A stretch of 64,000 nt of DNA, from the NCBI GenBank assembly GCA_963716395.1, contig OY970309.1, positions 3,488,001 to 3,552,000 on the forward strand, read 5' to 3'. Both the position numbers and the translations under genes were made by a program. Positions 47,274 to 57,466 of the stretch are shown piece after piece. The notes beneath the pieces are model-generated. The model saw only the letters and a list, made by a program, of their open reading frames with translations. It ran no database searches and had not been told where the DNA came from. Numbering within the stretch: position 1 is the first letter of the stretch; every line of letters begins with the position of its first letter. The stretch is from an uncultured Fibrobacteria bacterium (GTDB taxonomy: Bacteria; Fibrobacterota; Fibrobacteria; UBA11236).

Positions 47274-48410
47274 TTAATTCGGGTCGAACAAACTCATCTG
47301 GCCCGACACAGCGCCGGCGCGCGCTTTTTGCGTCTGCGGAGAGGGCGAGGCCGCCGTTACCCCGGCGGGAAGCGCAGCGGACCTTGGCGTCGGAACCGCC
47401 GGATGCTCCGGCACGATTCCCAGCATACGCTCGCCCGCGTTCAAGCCGTTGCGGCGCACGTGCAGTTGAAACAAATCTTCGATGAGGTCGGCCATTTTGC
47501 CCCGACCGCGCATGCGCGTTCCGAATCCGCTTTGGTTCAACCCACCTTGGCGCGTGGCGCGAATATGATGTTCGACCTTGTGCGCCCGCTCGGGAAATAA
47601 TTTGCGGAGTCGTTCGAGGAACACGCCTTCGACCGCGCCGGGCAAACGCAGCAGCACGTAAAAGGCGAACGATGCGCCGCATTCTTTGGCGCGCCGCAAG
47701 AGATCGGGAATGGCGCTGTCATTCCACCCCGGCACCACGGGGCTGATGGAAATACCGGTGCGCACGCCGGCGGCCGCCAGTTTTTCCAGGGCGCGGAAAC
47801 GCGCTTCGGGCGGTGACGCGAACGGTTCGATGACCCGTGCTTCTTCGGCGTCGGGAAAGGGAATCGAAAGCACGACATTCGCACCCGGCCCTTGCGCCAA
47901 GGCGGTCAGAAGATCGAGATCACGCAGCACCAAGGCGGATTTAGTGACGATGCCGACCGGCGTGCGAAAACGCAGGCAAGCTGCGAGACAGCGTCGCGTC
48001 AGGCCCAGGGCGCGTTCGACCGGCTGGTAGCAGTCGGTGACGCCGCTGAAGGCCAACGGCTCGTGCCGCCACGCGGGCTTGGCCAATTCCCCGGCCAAAA
48101 GTTCCGGGGCATTGACCTTGGCCACGATGCGCGTTTCAAAATCGGTGCCGGCCCCGAAGCCCAGGTATTCGTGGTACGGCCGCGCATAACAATACGCGCA
48201 GGCATGCGCGCAACCGCGATAGGGGTTGACCGAATGGCGAAAGGGCAGATCCGGGCTGTCGTTGCGCGACAGAATGCTGCGCGCGGTTTCCCGGTACACA
48301 TGCATTGCCTGCGGACGTTCGACGTCCTCTTCCCATTCCACATCCAGGGATTCAAAGCGGTTTTGGGGGTTGTCCGCCTGACGGCGGTAAAAGCCGCCCA
48401 TCGGGTTCAA
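47274..48410 (-). CDS. PA0069-family radical SAM protein (SPL-like)
   Basis: NPYRGCAHACAYCYARPYHEYL (CxxxCxxC), SGVTDCYQPVE, TKSALVLRD. Confidence 0.9.
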   Translation of the reverse strand: MNPMGGFYRRQADNPQNRFESLDVEWEEDVERPQAMHVYRETARSILSRNDSPDLPFRHSVNPYRGCAHACAYCYARPYHEYLGFGAGTDFETRIVAKVNAPELLAGELAKPAWRHEPLAFSGVTDCYQPVERALGLTRRCLAACLRFRTPVGIVTKSALVLRDLDLLTALAQGPGANVVLSIPFPDAEEARVIEPFASPPEARFRALEKLAAAGVRTGISISPVVPGWNDSAIPDLLRRAKECGASFAFYVLLRLPGAVEGVFLERLRKLFPERAHKVEHHIRATRQGGLNQSGFGTRMRGRGKMADLIEDLFQLHVRRNGLNAGERMLGIVPEHPAVPTPRSAALPAGVTAASPSPQTQKARAGAVSGQMSLFDPN

Positions 48411-49024
48411 CCCGGGGCGGCGGAGGAAAATTTCAAATCGAGGTAGTCGAGGTCGCAGGCGTCACCCGGCATCCAATGCGCGTCGCGATCCCACCATTTG
48501 ACGTTACAGCCGATGGCGTCGGTTTGCGCCCGCCGCGGCGGACGGCCGGCCAGCATGTCGTCGACGGCATCCTGTAACTCGTGGGTGATGGCTTGGGAGG
48601 CATCGCGCGGCGAATTGTCCATGCGGCCGGAATAAACCAGCCGATCCGCGGCGTTGAATAAAAAGTAATGGGGCGTGCGCTGCGCTCCGTAGGCGCGGGC
48701 CACGCGCTGGGTTTCGTCGTGCAGCGACAGCCAGCGGAACCCCTTGACGCGCATGCGATCCAATACGCGCGGAAAGGCGTCGTCGGGATGATCCTTGGTT
48801 TCATTGGAGTGGACGGCGATCATGGCGATGCCCTGCGGTGCCACCTGGTCGTAAAAGGCCAGCATGCGGTCCTCGCTGCCGACCACATAGGGGCAATGAT
48901 TGCAGGTGAAAAAAATCAAGGTGCCGCGCGGGCCGCGCAGACCGGCAAAAGTATGCGTGCGTCCGTCGCTGCCGGGCAATTCAAAATCCGGCGCGGTGCT
49001 GCCGGTGGGAAGAACCAAGTCCAT
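48407..49024 (-). CDS. Thioredoxin/peroxiredoxin-like family protein
   Basis: APDFELP, TCNHCPYV, HDETQRVARAYGA..TP, GCNVKW. Confidence 0.88.
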   Translation of the reverse strand: MDLVLPTGSTAPDFELPGSDGRTHTFAGLRGPRGTLIFFTCNHCPYVVGSEDRMLAFYDQVAPQGIAMIAVHSNETKDHPDDAFPRVLDRMRVKGFRWLSLHDETQRVARAYGAQRTPHYFLFNAADRLVYSGRMDNSPRDASQAITHELQDAVDDMLAGRPPRRAQTDAIGCNVKWWDRDAHWMPGDACDLDYLDLKFSSAAPG

Positions 49025-49131
49025 AGGCTTTCTAAAATAGTCGATCCGCCCGGATCGAGCCACACGCAGAATTTACCGGTTCTGCCGCAAATTCGAAAAT
49101 TCGGGATAGCGGAGGAACATCACGACAAATT

Positions 49132-50172
49132 TCAACTATTTCCGGAATGTGGGTTCGGCCGGGACGGGGAAATACCGATAATGCCGCGTAGGGTGGATAA
49201 AAACCCGGCGGCCCAGCGCCGCGCCTTATCCTTTCCTTGGGTCAGCACCGCATCAATTTCGGCCGGGTCCGCCATCCAGCGCACATATTCGGCGCGCGGC
49301 CCCTTCAGTTTCGCGTCCAGCGCCTCGAACAAAAGCTGCTTGGCGGCGCCCCAGCCCAGGCCTCCGGCCTGGTAACGCGCACGTAACTCCTGCTCGCCGG
49401 TTGCGTCCAGCAACAGCCGGTGCAAAGCGAAGACATGGCTTTGGTCGGGGTCTTTGGGCTCGGCGGGCGACTGGGAATTGGTCACGATCTGGTTTACCCG
49501 CTTTTGCAGGGCTTTCGCGTCGAGAAACAGCGGAATGGTATTGTCGTAGCTTTTGCTCATCTTGCGCCCGTCCAGCCCCACCACGGTGTGCAGCATGGGA
49601 TCGATGCGCGGCTCGGGCACATGGAATGCCGCGATTCCGTAGTTGCGGTTGAAGCGCTCGGCGATATCGCGCGCGAATTCGACGTGCTGCTTCTGATCCG
49701 CGCCCACGGGCACCACATCGGCGTTGAACATGAGAATGTCGGCGGCCATGAGCACGGGGTATTCGAATAATCCCATGTTGACGCCGTCGTCCGCATCGTT
49801 GCCTTCGGCGGCATTTTTGGCCACCGCGTCCTTGTAGGCATGCGCACGGTTCATGAATCCCTTGGGGGTGAAACAGGCCAGAATCCAGGCCAGCTCAAAA
49901 ATCTCAGGAATGTCCGATTGCCGGTAAAAACAGGATTGCTCCGGATTCAGCCCGAAAGCCAAATAGGCGGCCGCAATGCTGCGGCTATAGTGTTGCATGG
50001 CTTGGGATTCATGCACCGAGGTCAGGGCATGATAATCGGCGATGAAGTAAAAGGTCTCGTAGTCACGGGCCAAAGCCAAGGCCGGGGCGATGGCGCCGAA
50101 CCAGTTGCCGAGATGGGGATCGCCGGTGGGCTTGATGCCCGTCAAGGCGCGCGCAGATTTGCCTTTTTCCAT
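49132..50172 (-). CDS. trpS: Tryptophan--tRNA ligase
   Basis: LTGIKPTG.PHLGN, YPVLMAADIL, VPVGADQKQH, KMSKS. Confidence 0.96.
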   Translation of the reverse strand: MEKGKSARALTGIKPTGDPHLGNWFGAIAPALALARDYETFYFIADYHALTSVHESQAMQHYSRSIAAAYLAFGLNPEQSCFYRQSDIPEIFELAWILACFTPKGFMNRAHAYKDAVAKNAAEGNDADDGVNMGLFEYPVLMAADILMFNADVVPVGADQKQHVEFARDIAERFNRNYGIAAFHVPEPRIDPMLHTVVGLDGRKMSKSYDNTIPLFLDAKALQKRVNQIVTNSQSPAEPKDPDQSHVFALHRLLLDATGEQELRARYQAGGLGWGAAKQLLFEALDAKLKGPRAEYVRWMADPAEIDAVLTQGKDKARRWAAGFLSTLRGIIGISPSRPNPHSGNS

Positions 50173-50286
50173 GCCATGGTCCCAATCGGGCGAGATCGCC
50201 ATCGGGTTCGATCCCGGAAGCGGTGAAGATAAATACTCCCGTTGTATTTGTACTTTCAAAGCTCTTTTTCCAACGGGTTTTATCGC

Positions 50287-51444
50287 ATGCAGCGCGAAGA
50301 ATGGCCCACGAATTATCCGTGGGAATGGATCGATACTGCGGCTACCCTGGCGCGCGTCGTCTCCGCCGTAAAGGCCGCCGAGTGCGTCTACCTCGACCTC
50401 GAAGCCGACAGCATGCACCATTACTACGCCAAAATTTGTTTGATGCAAATCCTGGCGCAAGGCGTCTGCTATCTCGTCGATCCCCTGGCTCTTGACCCCA
50501 AACCGCTTGTGGCCGAATTGGCGCGCAAGCCGCTGGTGCTGCACGGCGCTGATTACGACCTGCGCATGCTGTACCAGCAATACGACTTCCGACCGTACCA
50601 GGTGTTCGACACCATGCTGGCGGCGCAGCTCCTGGGCCGCACCTCGTTCGGGTTAGCGGCGCTGGTGCAGGAACATTTCGGCGTCACCTTGCCCAAAGAA
50701 GCGCAAAAGGCCGATTGGTCCATGCGCCCGTTGCCCGGCCCACTGCTCGCCTACGCGGCCCAAGACACCTTTTTCCTGCCCACCTTGCACGACCGTTTGG
50801 CGCAGGAACTCGCGGCGATGGGCCGCACTACCTGGCATGCCGAAACCTGCGAGCAATTGGTGAAGTCCACGAAAAAAACCCGTGTCGGCGACCCCGACGC
50901 CGTGTGGCGCATTACGGGATCGCATCGCCTGTATCCGCGACAACTGGCCGTGCTGAAAGTTTTGTGGGAGGCTCGCGAACAGGCGGCGCAAGCTGCGGAT
51001 TTGCCGCCGTTCAAAATCCTTCCCTCCGAAATCATTCTGCGCTTCGCCGCCGGCGTAGGTAAAGAAGGCATGCCGGAGCATATCCCCAAGCTTCCCTCGC
51101 GCCTGACCGAGGATACCCGGGCGCACTTGCTCTCCGCGTATGACCGGGCCCTGCGTCTCACCCCGGAGCATTGGCCGTCTCCCCGCATCCCCGTCAAGCC
51201 GCAAACCCGGGCGCCCCACCCCGATCTGCTGGCCGGCCTGCGCGCCGCACGCGATCGCGTGGCCGCCGAGTTGAAACTCGACCCATCCTTGCTGGCACCG
51301 CGCGCCACCTTGATGTCCGTCGCCCTGACCGGACTTCCCTCCGAAGCAGCCGTCCACGCGGCGGCGCAATGGATGCCATGGCAGGAAAACCTTTTGCTGG
51401 GGCCCTGGATGGAAATCGCCCAACCCTTCCAAAAACGGGGTTAA
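50287..51444 (+). CDS. rnd: Ribonuclease D (3'-5' exonuclease + HRDC)
   Basis: DLEADSMHHY, HGADYDL, FDTMLAA, ADWSMRPL, YAAQD. Confidence 0.88.
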   Translation: MQREEWPTNYPWEWIDTAATLARVVSAVKAAECVYLDLEADSMHHYYAKICLMQILAQGVCYLVDPLALDPKPLVAELARKPLVLHGADYDLRMLYQQYDFRPYQVFDTMLAAQLLGRTSFGLAALVQEHFGVTLPKEAQKADWSMRPLPGPLLAYAAQDTFFLPTLHDRLAQELAAMGRTTWHAETCEQLVKSTKKTRVGDPDAVWRITGSHRLYPRQLAVLKVLWEAREQAAQAADLPPFKILPSEIILRFAAGVGKEGMPEHIPKLPSRLTEDTRAHLLSAYDRALRLTPEHWPSPRIPVKPQTRAPHPDLLAGLRAARDRVAAELKLDPSLLAPRATLMSVALTGLPSEAAVHAAAQWMPWQENLLLGPWMEIAQPFQKRG

Positions 51445-51482
51445 CGCGATTTCTATATTGGATTTTTCTGCGGAGGTTGCGC

Positions 51483-51701
51483 ATGCGTGGTATTTTGGAA
51501 CCCGGGCATTTGGTCATCATTCTTCTCATTGTGCTGTTGCTTTTCGGCGGCAAAAGAATACCCGAAATCGCCCGCGGATTGGGCAAAGGGATTCGTGAAT
51601 TCAAGGACGGCATGAACAACAATGGTTCACCCGAACCCAGCGACGCCTCCAAGGCCTTGAAAAAACCCGAAACCCCTGAAAGTCCGGCTTCCAAATCCTG
51701 A
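51483..51701 (+). CDS. tatA: Twin-arginine translocase TatA
   Basis: HLVIILLIVLLLFGGKRIPEIARGLGKGIREFK; GGAGG SD. Confidence 0.93.
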   Translation: MRGILEPGHLVIILLIVLLLFGGKRIPEIARGLGKGIREFKDGMNNNGSPEPSDASKALKKPETPESPASKS

Positions 51702-51722
51702 CGCGGAGCGGCTGTTTCTCCC

Positions 51723-52454
51723 TTGAGCCGTGACGCTTCCTCGTTTTGGGATCATGTTCAGGAACTTCGCTCCCGACTCATCAAATCGTTGATCGGGGTG
51801 GCCGTCGGTACCGGCCTCGCCTTCTGGCAATGGGAACGCATCTGGGCCTGGATGGTCCGACCCATCACCGCCCAGAAATTAAAAGTGGCCTTCATCGCCA
51901 CTTCGCCGATGGAAACCGTCATGACCAGCTTCAAGCTGTCGCTCATCGCGGGATTTCTGCTGGCCTTCCCCTGGGTGATCTGGCAGGTGTGGCGTTTCAT
52001 CGCCCCGGGTCTGTACATCAAGGAGCGCGGATTGTTCCTGGGAGTTTTCTGCGGCTCCGTCGTCATGTTCGTGGTGGGGGCGTTGTTCTGTTATTTCTAC
52101 GTACTGCCCACCGGCTTGAATTTTCTGGCCAATTACATGCAGGGCGAAGTCGCGCAAAGCTGGCGGCAAGAAGAATTCTCGGAATTCGTAGTTCAATTTC
52201 TCATGGCCTTTGGAATCATCTTTGAAATGCCGGTGGCCGCCTTTGTCTTGGGGCGCCTGGGCCTGGTGACGCCGAAGGCCATGTGGGGATTCTTCCGTTT
52301 CGCGATTGTCATCATCTTCATCGTCGCCGCGATCTTGACGCCCAGCCCCGATCCGATTTCCCAAATCATGATGGCCTTGCCGGTGTGCCTCCTGTACGTG
52401 ATGTCCATCGGTATCTGCGCGCTGGCGCAAAAGCAGGCGGCGACGGCGCCATGA
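51723..52454 (+). CDS. tatC: Twin-arginine translocase TatC
   Basis: FWDHVQELRSRL, QVWRFIAPGLY, FEMP, AAILTPSPD. Confidence 0.95.
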   Translation: MSRDASSFWDHVQELRSRLIKSLIGVAVGTGLAFWQWERIWAWMVRPITAQKLKVAFIATSPMETVMTSFKLSLIAGFLLAFPWVIWQVWRFIAPGLYIKERGLFLGVFCGSVVMFVVGALFCYFYVLPTGLNFLANYMQGEVAQSWRQEEFSEFVVQFLMAFGIIFEMPVAAFVLGRLGLVTPKAMWGFFRFAIVIIFIVAAILTPSPDPISQIMMALPVCLLYVMSIGICALAQKQAATAP

Positions 52455-53275
52455 TTTTCGATTCTCTGGGCATCGGCGAAGTCGGAGTCATCGTCGCGGT
52501 CATCATCATTTTCGTCGATCCCAAAAAAGTGGGACAAACCGCCCGCGCTTTCGCCCGCTTCCGCCGCAAGTGGTCGGATCTCCAGCGGGAAATGAAACAG
52601 CAGTTCAATACGTTGCTCGACGAAGAGGCCAAAGACACACCCGGGGGTCTGCCGGCGTTGAAGGCCGTTCTGCGCCAGGAAGGCCGCGCTGCCGTCCGGT
52701 CCCTGACGGCAGCCGACCGGGCCGATGCCGCGCGCAAAGCGCTGGAGCACCTGCAGGATTGGTCGGCGTACCGGGAGGCAAAAACCGTGGCCGCCTTTGC
52801 CGGGACGCTGGAAGAAATCGACACCGAACCGGTCATGCGCGCCGTTCTGGCCGCGGGCAAAACCCTGTTATTGCCCTACGTAGATACCGACAAGGACGGG
52901 GTTTCACAATTGCGCATGGCCAGGGTGAAGAATTACGACCGGGATTTGCACGAAGGGGCGTTCGGAATCCTGGAACCGGGCGAAGCATTGCGGGCGGAAA
53001 GCGCCCCCGACCCCGATTTGATCCTCATACCCGGAGTCGCCTTCGATGAAAACGGAGGCCGTCTGGGCCGGGGCCGTGGGTTTTACGACCGCTATTTGCA
53101 GGGTCGGGCCGGATTCAAGGCGGGGCTGGGCTTCGAAGCCCAGATCCTGCGCAAGAAATTTACTTTGGAGCCGCACGATCAGCTTTTGGACGGACTCGTC
53201 ACCGAGCGGCGGACCATGGTGTTTTCCAAGCCGCGCGCGCTCCCGGCGGGTGCGGATCCGACACCGCCAGCCTGA
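52451..53275 (+). CDS. TatB-like N-terminus fused to 5-formyltetrahydrofolate cyclo-ligase (YgfA/Fau)
   Basis: MIFDSLGIGEVGVIVAVIIIFVDPKK + amphipathic helix, then LKAVLRQ...EIDT...GILEP...PGVAFD..GGRLGRGRGFYDRYL...EPHD; ATGA overlap with tatC. Confidence 0.85.
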   Translation: MIFDSLGIGEVGVIVAVIIIFVDPKKVGQTARAFARFRRKWSDLQREMKQQFNTLLDEEAKDTPGGLPALKAVLRQEGRAAVRSLTAADRADAARKALEHLQDWSAYREAKTVAAFAGTLEEIDTEPVMRAVLAAGKTLLLPYVDTDKDGVSQLRMARVKNYDRDLHEGAFGILEPGEALRAESAPDPDLILIPGVAFDENGGRLGRGRGFYDRYLQGRAGFKAGLGFEAQILRKKFTLEPHDQLLDGLVTERRTMVFSKPRALPAGADPTPPA

Positions 53276-53287
53276 GACGGAACATCC

Positions 53288-54460
53288 ATGCAAGCCATTC
53301 TCGCTTTGGAAGACGGCAACTGCTTTGAAGGCCAGGGCTTCGGCGCCGAGGGCCGTTGCGAAGGCGAAGTGTGTTTCAACACCGCCATGACCGGGTATCA
53401 GGAAATTCTCACCGACCCGTCGTATGCGGGACAAATCGTGACGCTTACCTATCCCGAAATCGGCAATTACGGGGTCAATCCCGAAGACGTCGAGTCGACG
53501 CGCATTCAGGCCGCGGGATTGGTGGTAAAAAACCTCTGTCCTTATCCCTCCAACTACCGGGCGCAAAGCGACAGCCAAAATCCCGTCACGGTGTCGGAGT
53601 ATTTGCGGCGTCAGGGTGTTCCCGGCCTGCAAGGTATCGACACCCGGCGGCTGGTGCGCCTGCTGCGCGAAAAAGGCGCGCAAAACGGCGTGCTGGTTTG
53701 CGGCTCCTATGATCGGGACGCGGTGCGCGCTGACGCCCGCCGCGTGCGCTCGCTTTCCGCCACCGACTTTGTGAAACAGGTCACGGTACCGGCCCAAATG
53801 CCCTGGCAGGGAGGGGAGAATCCCTTGGCCTTTCAGTTGCCGGAAAAACGGGTGCAACGTTGGAGGATTGCCGCCATCGATTACGGCGCCAAGCAGAACA
53901 TTCTGCGCAAACTCGAATCGCTGGGCGCGCGCGTGACGCGCTTCCCCGCCGACGCCACGGCCGCCGATATTCTGGCGATCCAGCCCGACGGCGTGCTGCT
54001 CAGCAACGGGCCGGGCGATCCGGCCGTACTCAGTTACGCGGTGGAAACCATCCGCGGCCTGCTGGGGCGCGTCCCCATTTTCGGTATTTGCCTCGGCCAT
54101 CAATTGCTGGCGCAGGCCTTGGGCGGCAAAACCTTCAAGCTCAAATTCGGCCATCGCGGCGCCAACCATCCGGTGCAGGATTTGCGCACGCGCAAAGTCG
54201 AAATCACTTCGCAGAACCACGGCTTTGCGGTCGATCCCGACAGCCTCGACACCGCCCAGGTCGAAATCACCCATCTCAACCTCAACGACGGCACCGTGGC
54301 CGGCCTGCGCCATCGCACCTGGCCCGCGTTTTCGGTGCAATACCATCCCGAAGCCAGCCCGGGCCCCAAGGATTCGCATTATCTCTTCGAGCAGTTTCTG
54401 AAATCGATCGAAGCCCAGGCGGCGGTTTCGGCCGGGGCCGGCCATGCCCAGACGCATTGA
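53288..54460 (+). CDS. carA: Carbamoyl-phosphate synthase small subunit
   Basis: FNTAMTGYQEILTDPSY, LSNGPGDP, GICLGHQ, SVQYHPEASPGP. Confidence 0.97.
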   Translation: MQAILALEDGNCFEGQGFGAEGRCEGEVCFNTAMTGYQEILTDPSYAGQIVTLTYPEIGNYGVNPEDVESTRIQAAGLVVKNLCPYPSNYRAQSDSQNPVTVSEYLRRQGVPGLQGIDTRRLVRLLREKGAQNGVLVCGSYDRDAVRADARRVRSLSATDFVKQVTVPAQMPWQGGENPLAFQLPEKRVQRWRIAAIDYGAKQNILRKLESLGARVTRFPADATAADILAIQPDGVLLSNGPGDPAVLSYAVETIRGLLGRVPIFGICLGHQLLAQALGGKTFKLKFGHRGANHPVQDLRTRKVEITSQNHGFAVDPDSLDTAQVEITHLNLNDGTVAGLRHRTWPAFSVQYHPEASPGPKDSHYLFEQFLKSIEAQAAVSAGAGHAQTH

Positions 54461-55220
54461 CCCGGCGGGCCTGCGCGGCGGGCTGCATGCGGTCGAAGCC
54501 CTGATCCGGAAAGAGCCCCGGCGGGTCCGTTCGTTGGCGCTGCAACGCGATGCCGGCAATCCCCGGCTGTATGCCTTGCAGCGCCTGGCCGAAGAGGCGG
54601 GTATCCGCGTGCGGCAATTGCCCCGCTCCCAGCTCGATGCCTGGTTTGCCGGGCCGCATCAGGGCGCGGTGGCTTTTTGCGAAACCCAGTCGCTGGAAGA
54701 CTGGGCCGGTTTGCGCACGCGCCTGCTGGCCGCCCGGGATCGGGGCGAAAGCCCTCTGGTGGTCGTAGCCGCGGCCTTGGAAGACCCGCGCAATCTCGGG
54801 GCCTGCATCCGCTCCGCGGCCGGACTCGGCGTATCTTGTCTGTTACTGCCGAACAAGGGATCGACGGGTCTGACGGCGACGGCGGGCAAAGCGGCGGCGG
54901 GCGCAGAAAACCTGTTCCCCTTATGCCGCGTCGGCGACATGGAAAAGGAAATCAAGCTTCTGGCCGCGGCCGGATTCGCCGTATGGGGGTTGGACGCTAC
55001 CGGCCAAGCCGCCCATACCGTGGATTTGCGCGGTCCGCTGGTACTGGTGCTGGGCGGCGAAGACCGCGGCATCCCCCCGCATATCGGCCGGGCTTTGACA
55101 GGAAAACTCCGGCTGCCCATGGCCGAAGGGCTGCATTCGTACAATGCTTCGGCGGCGCTGGCGCTGGTCCTGTACGAGGCGGCACGGCAACGCGGGTTTC
55201 CCGAGCGCCTGGCGCTGTAA
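54444..55220 (+). CDS. TrmH/SpoU family RNA methyltransferase (RlmB-like)
   Basis: HQG, EDPRNLGACIRSA, LGGEDRG, SYNASAA. Confidence 0.88.
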   Translation: MPRRIDPAGLRGGLHAVEALIRKEPRRVRSLALQRDAGNPRLYALQRLAEEAGIRVRQLPRSQLDAWFAGPHQGAVAFCETQSLEDWAGLRTRLLAARDRGESPLVVVAAALEDPRNLGACIRSAAGLGVSCLLLPNKGSTGLTATAGKAAAGAENLFPLCRVGDMEKEIKLLAAAGFAVWGLDATGQAAHTVDLRGPLVLVLGGEDRGIPPHIGRALTGKLRLPMAEGLHSYNASAALALVLYEAARQRGFPERLAL

Positions 55221-55328
55221 CGCTCGCTTCCGCGACTTGGAGTTGTTTGAATCCCGCGTCGACCCGCCCGGTAAAACCCGCCCCATGTCCGGAGCTATTC
55301 GCGCGGCTCCAACCCCTATAATCGAAAC

Positions 55329-56588
55329 ATGCTGGAACGCGTACGCCGCCCGACGGGATGGCTGGGAAAACTTTCCCAACCCCTGCGCCGGCTGGCCATA
55401 GCCTCGATCACCTTGTGGATTGCCGCCGGCGCCGCCGCCATGCTGACGCCCATCCTGCGTTCGGAGACGAATCCGAAAAAAACGCCGACCCCTTCTGTGG
55501 TGCCGAATGACCCAAGTGCCGAAGCTCCGGCACGCGACTCCGCGTTGCCGATGACGCCCACCGTGGCGACTCAGGCATCCGAAGTGAACACCGCAGACGA
55601 CGTCGCCTTGCGCCGCGTCATCGATTTGTATTGGGCCAACCGCGAATACGCCCAAGCGGCACCCTTCGTGGATCAGGCCTGGGCCGCGGGCTGGCGCGAC
55701 ACTTCTTTTCTCGCGCATGCGGCCGAAATCTATCTGGACAATGCCGAGTATGCCAAAGCCGCAGCCGCGGCTGCCCAAGGTTTGCAGCAGGATTCAGGTT
55801 CGCTCCCGTTCTGGCGCGTGGCCGGCATGTCCGCTTTTCGGCTGGGGCATTACGCCGACGGCATGCAACTTGACAGTACGGCGCTGAAACGCTTTCCGGA
55901 TCAAATGGATTTGCTGGTCGATCGCGGCACCATGGAAGTGGAAATGGGCCCCGGCCATCCCGGTTACGGCCGTAGTTTGCAACGCGCGTTGCAACTCGAT
56001 TCCAATTGGCTGCCGGCTTTGTACCTGCTTGGGCGCAAACACTCTCTGGAAGGGAATTTCGGCGACGCCGAACGCGTCTTCCGCCGCGTAACGCAACGCG
56101 ATTCGAATTACGCCAAGGCCTGGGCGCAATTGGGAATCGCCTTATATCAGCAGGGAAAAATGGAGGCGGCGGGGCCGTGCATGATTCAAGCCTTGAAGGA
56201 AAACCCGCGAGATTACAACTCGTGGTACAACCTGGGCGAATGGTACTCCCGGAAAATGGATCAGACCTCCGACGCCGACAGCGTGCGCGTGCTGCGCGAA
56301 AAAGCCATGCAATGCTATTTGCATACGGTGGAATTGAACCCGGATCAGGTGCAGGCCCAATTTCGCATCGGTGTTCTGCTGCATGGCAACGGGCAATTCA
56401 AAGAAGCCATCCGCCATTTCGAAGCCGCGGTGCGCGTCGATTCCACCGATGCGGCGGCGTGGTTTCAAATGGGGGTCGCGTATCAACGTCTGGCCCAACG
56501 CGAAAAAGCGCGCGCCTGCGTGGAACACGCTTTTCAGTTGCAACCGCTCAATCCGGTGATCATCGCGAAATTGCGCGAACTTTCCTAA
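55329..56588 (+). CDS. Tetratricopeptide-repeat exported protein
   Basis: N-terminal hydrophobic segment; multiple TPRs (AWAQLGIALY, SWYNLGE, AQFRIGVLL, AWFQMGVAY). Confidence 0.82.
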   Translation: MLERVRRPTGWLGKLSQPLRRLAIASITLWIAAGAAAMLTPILRSETNPKKTPTPSVVPNDPSAEAPARDSALPMTPTVATQASEVNTADDVALRRVIDLYWANREYAQAAPFVDQAWAAGWRDTSFLAHAAEIYLDNAEYAKAAAAAAQGLQQDSGSLPFWRVAGMSAFRLGHYADGMQLDSTALKRFPDQMDLLVDRGTMEVEMGPGHPGYGRSLQRALQLDSNWLPALYLLGRKHSLEGNFGDAERVFRRVTQRDSNYAKAWAQLGIALYQQGKMEAAGPCMIQALKENPRDYNSWYNLGEWYSRKMDQTSDADSVRVLREKAMQCYLHTVELNPDQVQAQFRIGVLLHGNGQFKEAIRHFEAAVRVDSTDAAAWFQMGVAYQRLAQREKARACVEHAFQLQPLNPVIIAKLRELS

Positions 56589-56596
56589 AATCCGCG

Positions 56597-56623
56597 CGGT
56601 CGGTGAGCCTGTCGAACCGGCCG
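56597..56623. repeat. Single REP-like hairpin unit
   Basis: CGGTCGGTGAGCCTGTCGAACCGGCCG, near-identical to the unit at 45794-45820; lies between convergent genes. Confidence 0.75.
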
Positions 56624-56625
56624 GA

Positions 56626-57465
56626 TTACACGCTTTCGCGCGCCATGTTTCCGGCGCGTTCGCTGGAGAGGGCCGGGACAGCCGTGGCCGACATAGCAGG
56701 CCGGAGGATGGGCCGGCGTCGGAAAGCATACCAATGCTGCAACAGATAATTGCTCAGGGGATAATCGGGTGCATCCACCAGACCAAAGCGTTTGGGCTTG
56801 CTGGCCGGCAAATAGGCGGTGCCGAAAATCCAATCCCAAAACGCCAGCTTGGTGGAGAAATTGACGTCGATCACTTCGGTGGCATGATGCCAGCGGTGCA
56901 TTTCGGGCCCGTTGATGATCTTTTGCAGCCAGCCGGAGCGCACGTCGATATTGGAATGGATGTACATCCCCCACACCAAATCGATGACGGCCTTGAAATA
57001 GCCGATTTCCGGCGGCGCCCCCAACAGCACGATGGGAGCGAATTCAATGGTTTGGTTGATCAGAATTTCCAGCGAATGCGAGCGCGAGCCCGACAGCCAA
57101 TCGACGTCGGGGGTGGAATGGTGGGCTTCGTGAATGCGCCACAGCCAGGAAACGCGATGCTGCAGGCGATGGAACCAATAGATGTAAAAGTCGTGGAGCA
57201 CGAGAAAAAACACCGCTTGCAGCGGCACTGGCCAATCGCCGACCAGATGCAGCCTGCCCGCGGCCACAACATTCAAGCCGTCGATGATCAACTGAATGAT
57301 GGTTCCCAACACCCAGTTCTGTAAAAAGGTGTAAAGCAGGAGATCCATCCAGAATCCCTGCCGGAAAAATTTCTGGCCCGGTGTGTACGGGTATCGCCTT
57401 TCCAAGGCCACGAAAGTCACCGTCGCGATGAACATCACAACGGTGGAATAGACGGGCGCGTGCAT
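56626..57465 (-). CDS. Sterol desaturase / fatty-acid hydroxylase family membrane di-iron enzyme
   Basis: His boxes YWFHRLQH, IHEAHH, HSN, HRWHH; WDWIFGT; ATG 1 nt after the neuB-family stop. Confidence 0.9.
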   Translation of the reverse strand: MHAPVYSTVVMFIATVTFVALERRYPYTPGQKFFRQGFWMDLLLYTFLQNWVLGTIIQLIIDGLNVVAAGRLHLVGDWPVPLQAVFFLVLHDFYIYWFHRLQHRVSWLWRIHEAHHSTPDVDWLSGSRSHSLEILINQTIEFAPIVLLGAPPEIGYFKAVIDLVWGMYIHSNIDVRSGWLQKIINGPEMHRWHHATEVIDVNFSTKLAFWDWIFGTAYLPASKPKRFGLVDAPDYPLSNYLLQHWYAFRRRPILRPAMSATAVPALSSERAGNMARESV

Positions 57466-57466
57466 A

